From: a virus
Taxonomy: Duplodnaviria > Caudoviricetes
Direction: 5' to 3' (one strand)
DNA length: 46,385 nt
IMG/VR virus record: IMGVR_UViG_3300009678_000019
Location: 1-46,385 of that record
The notes under the pieces were generated by a model. The model had not been told where the DNA came from. It worked only from the letters and a program-made list of their open reading frames with translations, and ran no database searches. Made by a program: the position numbers and the translations under genes. Positions 26,981 to 37,002 of this stretch are shown here, piece after piece (the first letter of the stretch is position 1; every line of letters begins with the position of its first letter).

Positions 26981-28848
26981 TGCCCGTCGTCCGCTATCAA
27001 CGACAAATCGGAATCGGGGCCGCGCCGACGCCGCAACAGGATCACCTACCGATCGGTCAGTTACAGACGCCTCCCCCTCGAGTCGCGCCGCCTGCAGAAA
27101 GCTATGGCGCCGAATTTGGGGAAGCGGTCGCACGGATCGGGACGGGCCTCCAGGCGCAAGAGATCGCGCGCCAGGATCTTGTCCGGATTACGCAGGCGGA
27201 GCGGAAGCTTTCGGATTGGGAGCTCGATCGCATCTATCACCCGGAACACGGGGCCCTGAATGTCCAAGGGGAAGGCGTGTATGGCCTACCGGATAAGCTC
27301 GGCGAGGACTACGACAAAACCGCCGGTGACATCGCCTCTGGACTCAACGAACGGCAACGGGCCCGTTTTAGTCCCGTCATCCAGGCCAGGCGGTCGTCGA
27401 TGCTCGCGCGCGTCGACTCCCACGTGGCGCAGCAAAGCCGTCTCATTGATGGCAACGAAACGAAAACCTATCTCGCGAATGAAACCTCGATTGCGGTCTC
27501 GAACGTCGACGATCCGCATCGCGTCGGCTTGGCGATCGGCAACATTCGCCGACAGGTCGGCCTCTATGGCGCCCGCAACGGCTGGGGCCCGGAGCAAACC
27601 AAGGAAGCGATCGACGACGCCGTGAGCGGGGTTCACGTCGGCGTGGTGGATCGCTTCCTGGCGCTCGGCCAGGACATCCAAGCGGAAGTGTATTTCGAGC
27701 ACGCGAAGGATGAAATCCGTGGTCAGGAGATCGCCCAAGTCGAAAAGGCTCTCGAGGAAGGATCCCTCCGCGGCCAGTCCCAACGCCAGGCGGATACGCT
27801 CTGGCAAGTCCACGCCGGCGCGACGTTGTCCCAACTCCTGGACGAAGCGAAGAAAATCAAGGATCCGAAACTGCGCGAACGTGTCGAGCAACGTCTCAGC
27901 TCGAGATGGTCCGTTCAGAAACAGGATGAACAAATGGAGGAGCGCGATCGCGCCGCCGCGGCGAAGCAAGCGATCGATGACGGCATGCAAGCCGCGATGA
28001 ATGCCATCGACAGGGGAATCCCGCGCGACATGGTCCAGGTTCATCAACTCGTCGATCAGGTCGCGCCGGATCTGTGGGCGCAACTCGACGGCCCCCATCG
28101 GGCGGAGCTTGATCGATATGCGCAACAGCTCTTCACCAACGATCGACCGACGGAGCAGGAACACTTTTACCGGATCACGCAACAGGCGACATGGGATCCG
28201 GACGCCTTCATGCGGCGCGATCTTTTCCTCTCCTTGTCCAAGTTGAGCAACTCTGATTTTCAGCAACTCGCGATGCTGCAAAACATGATGCAAGAGAATC
28301 GTCGCAAGGAAGCGCAAGTCATCGTGGATGACTACCGCACGTCGGATCAGGTCATCAACAACGCGCTGCGGGAATTCAACATCGACCCGTCACCGAAAGA
28401 AGGCACGCCGGAATCGAAGGCGATTGCGAGACTCCGGCAGATGGCGGGCGAGGCCGCGCTCGCGTGGCAGCGGGAGAACGGCAAAAAGCAGACGCCGAAT
28501 GATGTGCTGCAGAAGATCGTGGACGACCTCCTCCAACAGGACGTGACGGTCCCGGGATCCTGGTGGGGTCTGTGGCCGGGGAGCGGTCAATCGGTCTTCG
28601 ATCAGAACAAACGCATTATCGATTTGACGATCGCCGACGTGCCGGCGGCAGAGCGGACGAAGATCGAGGACGCGCTCAGCGGTGCGGGACGGCCGATCAC
28701 CGACGACGCGATTCTGACGCTCTACGTGCGGACTCAAGAGCGATTGCGTAATGCGAACCGCAATACACGGCCGCGCGTGGTTCCGGCGCCGTCGGGAGTC
28801 ACGCCGACAAAGCCGGCCGATTTCGCGCGGCCGACAAGGGGCAACTGA
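26980..28848 (+). CDS. Internal virion (ejection) protein, gp15-like
   Basis: MP.V.Y.RQ start, long helical protein, synteny. Confidence 0.7.
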   Translation: MPVVRYQRQIGIGAAPTPQQDHLPIGQLQTPPPRVAPPAESYGAEFGEAVARIGTGLQAQEIARQDLVRITQAERKLSDWELDRIYHPEHGALNVQGEGVYGLPDKLGEDYDKTAGDIASGLNERQRARFSPVIQARRSSMLARVDSHVAQQSRLIDGNETKTYLANETSIAVSNVDDPHRVGLAIGNIRRQVGLYGARNGWGPEQTKEAIDDAVSGVHVGVVDRFLALGQDIQAEVYFEHAKDEIRGQEIAQVEKALEEGSLRGQSQRQADTLWQVHAGATLSQLLDEAKKIKDPKLRERVEQRLSSRWSVQKQDEQMEERDRAAAAKQAIDDGMQAAMNAIDRGIPRDMVQVHQLVDQVAPDLWAQLDGPHRAELDRYAQQLFTNDRPTEQEHFYRITQQATWDPDAFMRRDLFLSLSKLSNSDFQQLAMLQNMMQENRRKEAQVIVDDYRTSDQVINNALREFNIDPSPKEGTPESKAIARLRQMAGEAALAWQRENGKKQTPNDVLQKIVDDLLQQDVTVPGSWWGLWPGSGQSVFDQNKRIIDLTIADVPAAERTKIEDALSGAGRPITDDAILTLYVRTQERLRNANRNTRPRVVPAPSGVTPTKPADFARPTRGN

Positions 28849-31800
28849 TGCCGCTGTCACCCTACGAAGAAGAGCTCCTCCAGGAGGACGATAACCCGTA
28901 TCGCCAAACCTTGCGCGAGCAACGCCAGTCTCAAGAGGTAGAGCTCCGCAAAGCGGCCGCGAAAGCCTCCGGACGGACGCCCCAACGCCAGGCGCAATTG
29001 ATCGATCTCTCAAAACGGACCGGCCTCCCGGCGGATCTCGTCGATCGCAATTTTGACGCGGTCCAGAAGCGCGCCGACGTCGCAAGCAACCCCTATTCCG
29101 CGATGCTCCGCGATACGCCAGGCGTCGCGGCTTTTCTCAAGGATCCGGAGAACGCGGCGATCGCCAAAGGCGACGAAGAGCAACTCGGCGCGATCGAACG
29201 GATGTTGCATTACGCCGGCAACGGCGCCCGCGCGATCGGCTCCTCGTTCTTTTCCACCAACGCCGGACTCTGGGGCATGTTCCAGGCTCCCGTCGACGCC
29301 GTTTCCGAATACATCACCAAGCCGGTGCTCGGTGAGGCGGATCCGCTCGCGAAGCTCTCGAGAAGATTCCAGGACTACCAGCGCCAGCAAGAGGGCGTGA
29401 AAGCAAAGGTCATGCCGAATCTTGAGGGCCTCGGCTTTACCGAGCTCAACGTGTATCAGGGCCTCGAGTCGCTCGGCCAAAACACCCTAATGATGCTGCT
29501 GGCGGCCCTCAGTGGCGGCGCGTCGGAAGTGGTGATGCTCGGCGGCATGGGCGGCGTGTCGGGCGGTCAGTCCTACGGCCAGGCCAAAGGGCAGGGCGTG
29601 CCGACGGGCCAGGCCTTGATGTTCGGGTTGTCTCAGGGATTGATCGAGATCGCGACCGAAAAGATACCCGTATCCACCCTTTTCAAAGGGATGAAGGGTA
29701 ACGCCGGCCTGGTGAAGCTGCTCACGGCGCAACTCTCGGCCGAAATCCCGGGCGAACAAGTGGCGACGGTTCTCCAGGATCTCAACGAGTGGGCGGTGCT
29801 TCCCGAAAACGCGACGAAAACGTTTCAGGACTACTGGGACGAGCGACCCTCGGCGGCGGCGGCGACGCTGATCGCGACAGTCGTCGGCACGATCGGCCAG
29901 GCCAGCGTCGGCCGGGTGGTCAGTAAAACATTCCTGCAGTCCGCCGGCGAAGCGGTGAAGAATTCGAAAACCGGGCAAGTGATGCCGGACAAGCTCCGGG
30001 AGTTTATCGCCGCGGCCGCGGCGGACGGACCGATCGAAAACGTCTACGTTTCGGCCGATGACATCCGGACCTATAGCCAGGATCACAAGCTCGATCCGGA
30101 AGAGTTTCTGGACGGCGTCACCTCCGAAGGCGGCCGGCGGTACCGGCAAGCTCTCGAGGCCGGCGCGGACGTCGAAATCCCGCTCGCCGACTACGTCACC
30201 AAGATTGCTAATTCGGACGCCGCTCCATTCTTTAACGACGTCGCGCGCGTCGGGGATCCGGAGCGGATGAGCTCCCGGGATCTGGACGCGTTCACGGCGG
30301 CCGCGCTCGAGGAATCGACGCCGTCGACGTCGATCGAGGAATCGGCGACGCGCGTCGGTGAGGACATCCGGGGCCAGCTCCAGGGCCAAGGGTTCAACCC
30401 GGCGACGATCGACGCCTACGCCCAGCTCTACGCCACCACGTTCCACGCCCTGGGCGAGCGCGCCGGCGTGGATCCGTTCGCGCTCTACGAACCATATCGG
30501 CTGAAGATTGCGCGGCCGCTGCCGGCGGTTCTCGCATCGCTGCCCAACATCGACACGCAACTCGACACGTTGATCGATCGACTCCGCTCCGGCCGGCGGC
30601 CAGGACAAGCGGAAATGTTCGGGACGTCGCTCGTCGAATTCATCCGCGAAAAAGGTGGGGTCATCGATGAAGGCGGCGATCTCGCCTCTCGAGAAGCCGA
30701 CAAGGAACGGAAGCCGTATCAGAAACGGATCATCAACCCGAAAGGCCTCGCGCTCGATCGCGCGCGCGAGCTCGCGGCCGAAGCCGGCTATTTGGATCCG
30801 CAGTCCTCGATCGCGGACTTCCTCGACAAGATTTCGGATGAACTCCGAGGGGCGCCCGTCTTCACGGCCGCCCAACACAACCAGGACGCGATCGAGCAAA
30901 ACACCGTGCTCGAGCAACTCGACGCCTATTTGAAATCGAAGGACGTCGACCTCAAGACAGCATCCAACGAGGAAGTGAAGAAGCTGCTCCAGGAAGCGGC
31001 GAAACTCCCTGAGGCCGGCGGTGAAGGTCTAGAGCAAGTGCTCCGACAAGATGCGGCGCGGCAAGCATTGGCCCAAGGCCGAATCACGGATCTCCATCTC
31101 GACGAGCGCGGCCGGATTGCGTTTCCCAAAAACCGGAAACCGTTCACGGGACCCGTCCAGATTGACATCCTGGAGCGTGGAGACTTGTCGAGTTTTCTCC
31201 ATGAATCGGGCCATTTGTACTTGGAAATATTTGGGGATCTCGTCGAGGACCTGGCCACGCGTCCGGACGGCCGCACGGCGCCACAGCAACAAATGGTCGA
31301 CGACTACGCGACGGTGTTGAAGTGGTTCGGCGTCGACTCTCGCGACAGTATCGACACGCCCCAGCACGAGCAATGGGCCCGCGGGTTCGAAGCGTACCTG
31401 CGCGAGGGCAAGTCTCCGAGCCCTGAGCTGCGTCCCATCTTTGCGCGCTTCCGCGCCTGGCTCGTCAATATCTATCGATCCCTGACGCAGCTGAACGTCA
31501 ACCTCACTCCCGAGGTGACAGCCGTCTTCGATCGCCTGGTCGCCTCCGATGAACAAATCGCACAAGCCCGGCAAGAGGCGAAACTCCAGGCGCTCGCCGA
31601 AAACGAGGAGCAAGCGAAACATCTCGGCATGACGCCGACGGAATACCGGGCCTATGGGGAAACGGTCCGGGACGCGCGCGATCGCCAACAGGACCAACTC
31701 CTCGGCGAGTACATGGATGAATACAACCGGGCGCAGTCGGAATGGTACGCAGCGCGCAGGCGGGAGATGCTCGAGAATGTCGCGCGCGAAGTCCACCAAC

Positions 31801-34800
31801 AGCGGGAATACATCGCGATGGCCTTCCTGCAGAAAGGGACGCTGCCCGACGGCTCGGCGCTGCCGGCGGTCATTCAAGCGGTCAAGCTCGACAAGAAGGC
31901 GCTCGAGGCGCAATACGGAAAAGCCAGTCGCACGGCGGGCCAGGGGTCCACGGTCACCAACAAGCTCCTGGAGCTCGGCGTCTACCGGCGCGAGGGCGGG
32001 ATCTCGCCCGACGTCGTCGCGGACCTGTTCGGTTATTCCTCCGGTGATGAGCTCGTCCAGGCGCTCGTGAACGCGCGGCCGATGGCGGAATTGCTCAACG
32101 CCGAAACCGACGACCGGATGCGCGAAACCTACGGCGACATGTTGACCGATGGCACGGCGCCGGAAAAAGCCCGGGATGCGGTGATGACGGTCGGCCGCGT
32201 CGAAGTGATCAAGGCGGAAATCAAAGCTCTCGAGAAGAAGGTCCGCGAGACGGCGCCCTTCGTGGCGGTGGGCCGCGAACAGGTGCGGACCGAAGACCGC
32301 GCGAAACGCAATCTCGGCATCGATACCGTGCGGCGCTTCCTCCCCTCGGTGGCGCTGGCGCGATCGCTTGCCGAACAGCGGATCGCGGGACAGAAGATCC
32401 GGGACATCCGGCCAGGCCTCCACTATGCCGCGGCCCGGCGCGAAGGCCTGCGCGCGCTCGAAGCCGTTAACAAGGGGAACTTTCCGGCCGCGCTGAACGC
32501 GAAGCAAAAAGAGTTGATCCAAATCGAAATGTATCGGGCGGCCCGGGCGGCACAAGAGGAATCCGAAAAGATCCGAAATTACATGCGCACGTTCGACGAA
32601 CGGGCGAAGCGCGAGCGGATCGGGAAAGCCGGCGGCGACTACCTCGAGCAAATCGACGCGCTGCGGGAGCGGTTCGCCTTTGCCCGGGATACGAACATCG
32701 CGATCGACAAGAAAAAGTCTTTGCTCGAGTGGGTCGCCGATCGCCAGGCGGAAGGGTTACCGATCGAGATCGCGCCGGAGCTGGTGAACGAAGCGCGCCG
32801 GCAGAACTACAGAGAAATGTCGCTCGAGGAATTGCGCGGCCTGAAGGACGGCGTCGAGATGATCGCGCACCTGGCGCGGCTCAAAAACAAATTACTCAAG
32901 GCGCGGGATCAACGGGAATTCGAAGCGATCCGCACGGAAATCGTTTCCTCGATCGAGGCCAACCTCAAGCCCGGGACTCGGGATCTCCGCACACGGGAAA
33001 ACGCCGGCGGGAAAGTTGGCGACGCCATGCGGCAGTACGCCGCCAACCATCGCAAAATGTCCAGTCTCGTACGAGAGTTCGACGGGTTCAAAGACGGCGG
33101 CCCCCTGTGGGAACACTTCATCCGACCCATGAACGAGTCGGGTAGTCGCGAAGCCATGATGATCGAGGCGGCAACGGAAAAGTTGATGACACTCATCCGG
33201 CCCGTGCTGAAGGAAGGCAGGCTGGGCGGCAAAGGTGAGTTTTTCCCGACCGTCGGGAAATCATTCAACCGTGAGGAGCGGATCGCCATGGCGCTCAATC
33301 TGGGTAATCGGTCGAATGAGCAACGGCTGCTCGATGGCGAGGGGTGGACGCGACAACAGATTCAACCGATTCTCGACACGCTCACCAAAGCGGATTGGGA
33401 TTTCGTGCAAGCGGTATGGGATCACTTTGAAACCTATCGACCGGCGATCGGCGAGCTCGAGCGCAAGGTAACCGGCATCGAGCCTAAATGGCTAGATCCG
33501 ACTCCGGTGTCGACGAAGCACGGTATTTACCGCGGCGGGTACTATTCGGTGAAATATGACGCGCAACGCTCCGCGCCGGCGGAAGAGCACGCGGCCGCGG
33601 AAGAGGCGAAGCAACTCCTGAGAGGCGCTTACACCGCGGCGACAACCCGGCGCAGCTTCACGAAGGAACGCGTCGATGAAGTCCACGGCCGGCCCCTCCA
33701 GTATTCCTTCCGTGGCCTCTACCAGGGCACCACCGAAGTCATCCATGATTTGACCTGGCGCGAGTGGCTGATCGATGCCAACCGACTGATCAAGAGCCAC
33801 GACGTCGATCAGGCGATCCGTACGCGTTACGGTCCGGAGGGTGTGCAGGTCTTTAAATCAGGAATCCAGGACATCGCCAAGTCGGATATGGGCGCGGTCA
33901 ACGGATTGGAAAAGGCGCTGAACTACTTTCGCAACGGGGCGACGGTCGCAGGCCTGGGATGGAATGCCGTCTCCGGATTAAAACAGCTTCCGGCGCTCGG
34001 CGTCTCCGCAGTACGCATCGGTAAAGGCTGGATGGCCCGGGCTATGGTTCAGTCGCTCGCGTCGCCGAAGGCCACAATGGACTTGGTGAACAGATCGGAT
34101 GTCATGCAGCTCCGCGCGAAGACGCAGAACCGCGAAATCAATGACGTGCGCAACAAAGTCAAAGGCCAGAGCGGCGCGCGCCAGGCGATCGAAGGGTCTC
34201 TGTTCTGGATAATCGGCGCAGGGCAGCGGCTCGTCGACGTCCCGACCTGGGTCGCGCAATACAACAAATCGATCGCCGCCGGCGAATCGGAGGAACGCGC
34301 GATCGCGCTCGCCGACCAGGCGGTCATCGACACGCAAGGCGGCGGGCAAACCAAGGATCTTGCCCAAATCCAGCGGGGGCACCCGGCGCTGAAGCTCTTC
34401 ACGAATTTCTATTCGGGATTTGCGGCGCAATACAACATCTCGGTCGAACGGGTGAAGCAGGCGCAGTTCACCAACCCGTTCGCGCATCCGGTGGAAAACG
34501 CGGTCAAGGCGGTTGCGCTCGGAACGGATTTCCTCCTGATCAACGGCATGCAAGCCCTGTATGCGGTCGCGATCGCGAAATGGTTCCAGGACGACGACGA
34601 GGAGTGGGCGACGGCGCTCGCACGCGAGGGATTATCCAGCTTCCTCGGACTCCTGGTGGGCGTGCGGGAGTTGGAAGGTTTTGCCGAAAAACTCGCCGGT
34701 ATCGAGCAGTACCACCGCGGCTACAGCGGGCCGGCAGGGCTGCGGATTCTGAGTGAACTCGATAAGTTGGGTGCGCAGATTCAGCAGGGCGAATTGGATC

Positions 34801-34949
34801 GCGCTTTAATCCGCGCTGGAATCAATGTTGCTGGAATCACGCTGCACCTCCCATCGGCGCAGGTGAATCGGACGCTCGACGGAGTCCTTGCCGTGATGGA
34901 CGGACAGGCCGGGCCGGCCGCGGCCGTGTTCGGGCCGCCCCGGCAATAG
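28848..34949 (+). CDS. Large internal virion / polyvalent ejection protein (2033 aa) with zincin-like motif
   Basis: SFLHESGH (HExxH)...HEQWARGFEAYL.EGK.P..L...F.RF..WL; last gene of the virion operon. Confidence 0.8.
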   Translation: MPLSPYEEELLQEDDNPYRQTLREQRQSQEVELRKAAAKASGRTPQRQAQLIDLSKRTGLPADLVDRNFDAVQKRADVASNPYSAMLRDTPGVAAFLKDPENAAIAKGDEEQLGAIERMLHYAGNGARAIGSSFFSTNAGLWGMFQAPVDAVSEYITKPVLGEADPLAKLSRRFQDYQRQQEGVKAKVMPNLEGLGFTELNVYQGLESLGQNTLMMLLAALSGGASEVVMLGGMGGVSGGQSYGQAKGQGVPTGQALMFGLSQGLIEIATEKIPVSTLFKGMKGNAGLVKLLTAQLSAEIPGEQVATVLQDLNEWAVLPENATKTFQDYWDERPSAAAATLIATVVGTIGQASVGRVVSKTFLQSAGEAVKNSKTGQVMPDKLREFIAAAAADGPIENVYVSADDIRTYSQDHKLDPEEFLDGVTSEGGRRYRQALEAGADVEIPLADYVTKIANSDAAPFFNDVARVGDPERMSSRDLDAFTAAALEESTPSTSIEESATRVGEDIRGQLQGQGFNPATIDAYAQLYATTFHALGERAGVDPFALYEPYRLKIARPLPAVLASLPNIDTQLDTLIDRLRSGRRPGQAEMFGTSLVEFIREKGGVIDEGGDLASREADKERKPYQKRIINPKGLALDRARELAAEAGYLDPQSSIADFLDKISDELRGAPVFTAAQHNQDAIEQNTVLEQLDAYLKSKDVDLKTASNEEVKKLLQEAAKLPEAGGEGLEQVLRQDAARQALAQGRITDLHLDERGRIAFPKNRKPFTGPVQIDILERGDLSSFLHESGHLYLEIFGDLVEDLATRPDGRTAPQQQMVDDYATVLKWFGVDSRDSIDTPQHEQWARGFEAYLREGKSPSPELRPIFARFRAWLVNIYRSLTQLNVNLTPEVTAVFDRLVASDEQIAQARQEAKLQALAENEEQAKHLGMTPTEYRAYGETVRDARDRQQDQLLGEYMDEYNRAQSEWYAARRREMLENVAREVHQQREYIAMAFLQKGTLPDGSALPAVIQAVKLDKKALEAQYGKASRTAGQGSTVTNKLLELGVYRREGGISPDVVADLFGYSSGDELVQALVNARPMAELLNAETDDRMRETYGDMLTDGTAPEKARDAVMTVGRVEVIKAEIKALEKKVRETAPFVAVGREQVRTEDRAKRNLGIDTVRRFLPSVALARSLAEQRIAGQKIRDIRPGLHYAAARREGLRALEAVNKGNFPAALNAKQKELIQIEMYRAARAAQEESEKIRNYMRTFDERAKRERIGKAGGDYLEQIDALRERFAFARDTNIAIDKKKSLLEWVADRQAEGLPIEIAPELVNEARRQNYREMSLEELRGLKDGVEMIAHLARLKNKLLKARDQREFEAIRTEIVSSIEANLKPGTRDLRTRENAGGKVGDAMRQYAANHRKMSSLVREFDGFKDGGPLWEHFIRPMNESGSREAMMIEAATEKLMTLIRPVLKEGRLGGKGEFFPTVGKSFNREERIAMALNLGNRSNEQRLLDGEGWTRQQIQPILDTLTKADWDFVQAVWDHFETYRPAIGELERKVTGIEPKWLDPTPVSTKHGIYRGGYYSVKYDAQRSAPAEEHAAAEEAKQLLRGAYTAATTRRSFTKERVDEVHGRPLQYSFRGLYQGTTEVIHDLTWREWLIDANRLIKSHDVDQAIRTRYGPEGVQVFKSGIQDIAKSDMGAVNGLEKALNYFRNGATVAGLGWNAVSGLKQLPALGVSAVRIGKGWMARAMVQSLASPKATMDLVNRSDVMQLRAKTQNREINDVRNKVKGQSGARQAIEGSLFWIIGAGQRLVDVPTWVAQYNKSIAAGESEERAIALADQAVIDTQGGGQTKDLAQIQRGHPALKLFTNFYSGFAAQYNISVERVKQAQFTNPFAHPVENAVKAVALGTDFLLINGMQALYAVAIAKWFQDDDEEWATALAREGLSSFLGLLVGVRELEGFAEKLAGIEQYHRGYSGPAGLRILSELDKLGAQIQQGELDRALIRAGINVAGITLHLPSAQVNRTLDGVLAVMDGQAGPAAAVFGPPRQ

Positions 34950-34999
34950 TTGTTAAAGCGCAACTGTTGTCCGATGACAACTACGACAAGGATGTCGAG

Positions 35000-35245
35000 A
35001 TGAAGTATGTCTTCATTTTCCTGCTAACTCTCCTGGCCTCATGCGCCCCGAAAACGGTCCATCCGAAAACGATCCTCGATCGAGGAACCTGGTGGGCGAG
35101 GGAAGACAAACCCGGGCAGTGGTTCGTTCTGGTGGGCAACGGATCGGAAGCGGAAGTCATGGCGGAAGTCTGCGCGCCGCGGAAGTTCATCTGCCAGGTG
35201 GACACGGCGGGAAAGATTCTGCGGATCGATCGCGTGCGGAAGTGA
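35000..35245 (+). CDS. Small lipoprotein (superinfection exclusion or o-spanin candidate)
   Basis: MKYVFIFLLTLLASC lipobox. Confidence 0.7.
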   Translation: MKYVFIFLLTLLASCAPKTVHPKTILDRGTWWAREDKPGQWFVLVGNGSEAEVMAEVCAPRKFICQVDTAGKILRIDRVRK

Positions 35246-35291
35246 AAGGCCGCGCACTGGCAAGGAACGCGGCCGATCGGGAGCGGGCGGC

Positions 35292-35351
35292 TTACTTCTT
35301 TCTGGTGCCCGACATCTTCGCTTTCTTTGCTGGAGCTTTCTTTGTAGCCAT
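35292..35351 (-). CDS. 19-aa Lys-rich micro-protein MATKKAPAKKAKMSGTRKK
   Basis: GGAGG RBS 8 nt upstream; hand-translated. Confidence 0.55.
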   Translation of the reverse strand: MATKKAPAKKAKMSGTRKK

Positions 35352-35416
35352 CTGCTAAACCTCCGATCCTTTCTAGTCTCTAACGAGACCGGAGCTAGAT
35401 TAGCACGCGCTGTAAT

Positions 35417-35662
35417 TCAACGCTTCCTCCGGAATCGTTCCGCATGGGGACAGACCGCGAAGTGCGGTTCGTAGCGTGTCATGGATGGTGATGGGTAAAT
35501 CGAATCTTCCCCGACGCGGATCTCCTGTTTCAAACTCATCGGCATTTTGCGGTTCCTTGGCGTCCAGAACCATTCGAGGCGCGCCCCGCAGGCCTGGCAG
35601 TGCCCGGATCCGTCGAGGCGATAGCCGGCTTCGGCGAGCTCGGGGAGGGTTTCCGGAATCAT
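35417..35662 (-). CDS. Small Zn-binding phage protein
   Basis: CQACG..LEW..T....MP ... HFAVCP pattern. Confidence 0.75.
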   Translation of the reverse strand: MIPETLPELAEAGYRLDGSGHCQACGARLEWFWTPRNRKMPMSLKQEIRVGEDSIYPSPSMTRYEPHFAVCPHAERFRRKR

Positions 35663-36024
35663 CGCGCCAGCTCGAGCCGCGCCTGGTCCCGCGCCTTCAT
35701 GAGTCGATGGAACATTTCCGCGTCGCCGCCATGATCTGGATGAAAGGCAAACGCGAGCTTTTTAAAGGCAGTCTTCATGTCGTCCCTTGAAAATGAAAAA
35801 GTCCCGGACCGGGACAGCCGACCTTGGCGCCCGATCCGGGTTCGTTTCTGATTAGCGGAATTGGAGAGATCGGAAGGACCGCGGTTCGAAATTTTCGATT
35901 CGTCTATAGGGTAACGACCGAAGGTTTCCGCGATCCTCCCTTTCCCGTGGTTGCCGGATTGGTCATGTGTTACCGGGGCCGGCGCCCGTTTCGCCCGGAA
36001 CGAATGCGCATTCGGAGCGGGCAA
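35659..36024 (-). CDS. J-domain (DnaJ-like) protein, start uncertain
   Basis: C-terminal MKTAFKKLAFAFHPDHGGD.E.F..L with HPD motif. Confidence 0.7.
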   Translation of the reverse strand: MPAPNAHSFRAKRAPAPVTHDQSGNHGKGRIAETFGRYPIDESKISNRGPSDLSNSANQKRTRIGRQGRLSRSGTFSFSRDDMKTAFKKLAFAFHPDHGGDAEMFHRLMKARDQARLELAR

Positions 36025-36027
36025 AAT

Positions 36028-36360
36028 TCATAAATCATCGTCAAATGGCTTCTCCGTCTGGAATCCGGCCATGCAAAGGCCCTCGTGACCGGCCCCGCAG
36101 AGCAACTCCACAAACAAGCCCGACTCGTCGACAACCTTCCATGAGCCACTTCCGCACTTGCAGCGGAGCGGTTTCCATTGCCCTTCGATCCGCTGCCAAA
36201 TCGGTACATGGCGCGGCCGCGGCTTCGCTTTCCGTCGCACGCGGACCGGGATCCGGATCTTGCGCGGCTTGATCGGTCCGCGTTGTTCGATCCATTTCGG
36301 ATCCCCGAAAACGGGGCGGGTGTTGTCTTTGTCGTCCGTGTTGTCTTTGTCGTCCGGCAC
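36028..36360 (-). CDS. Hypothetical basic protein with Cys/His cluster
   Basis: CKCG...C..GH..C; GTG start adjacent to the upstream stop. Confidence 0.55.
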   Translation of the reverse strand: MPDDKDNTDDKDNTRPVFGDPKWIEQRGPIKPRKIRIPVRVRRKAKPRPRHVPIWQRIEGQWKPLRCKCGSGSWKVVDESGLFVELLCGAGHEGLCMAGFQTEKPFDDDL

Positions 36361-36459
36361 TCACAACCCCGCGGATCCCCAAAGCAAAACAACGATCACG
36401 CCGGCGACCATGACGGCAAAAACAAAGACGCCGGCGGCCGTGGTTTTGATCGTTTCCAT
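36361..36459 (-). CDS. 32-aa single-TM peptide
   Basis: GGAGG RBS; METIKTTAAGVFVFAVMVAGVIVVLLWGSAGL. Confidence 0.6.
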   Translation of the reverse strand: METIKTTAAGVFVFAVMVAGVIVVLLWGSAGL

Positions 36460-36556
36460 AAAACCTCCATCTCGTTTCGAGAGGGGCGGCTTTTCAGCCA
36501 GGGACGGTAGCGAAAGCGGCCGCCCCTCTCTATTGCCACGCGTCGAAAGGAGTCAC

Positions 36557-36760
36557 TCAAAAGACGCGCGACAAAATGCGTTTCACCCGGCCGCGTTTTT
36601 TCCGCAACCGGTTCTCGAGCTCGTCGATCCGCGCCTGAAGGCGCTTCAACTCCAATAGCCGGCGGTCCGCGATCACCTGGGTCAAGCGGAGCTCTTCCAG
36701 GGCCCACGTGATGTCGGGCGTGAGGGCTTCGAATTTCTTCTGAAGGTCCTGAACGTTCAC
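36557..36760 (-). CDS. Small coiled-coil protein
   Basis: GTGA coupling with the upstream gene. Confidence 0.6.
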   Translation of the reverse strand: MNVQDLQKKFEALTPDITWALEELRLTQVIADRRLLELKRLQARIDELENRLRKKRGRVKRILSRVF

Positions 36761-37002
36761 TGCTGAATCTTCTCCAAGGCTGCGACGAGTTTCTCAATTG
36801 CCATGCGCTCGGACATTTCCACGGGATTCGTCTCGAGAACCGATAGCGCGAAGGCGGCCGCCTCGATTAGCACGTCCATTCCACAGGCCGACATGGCAGC
36901 ACGGTAAATCTTCGGCGCATGCCAATCGGGCGTACTGATGATCGTCGTCGGGCCGGGGTAATTCTTCCGGAAATACTGCATGAATTGATCTGGTACTTTC
37001 AT
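36757..37002 (-). CDS. Hypothetical protein (MKVPDQFMQYFRKNYPGP...)
   Basis: ATGA coupling with the upstream gene. Confidence 0.6.
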   Translation of the reverse strand: MKVPDQFMQYFRKNYPGPTTIISTPDWHAPKIYRAAMSACGMDVLIEAAAFALSVLETNPVEMSERMAIEKLVAALEKIQQ

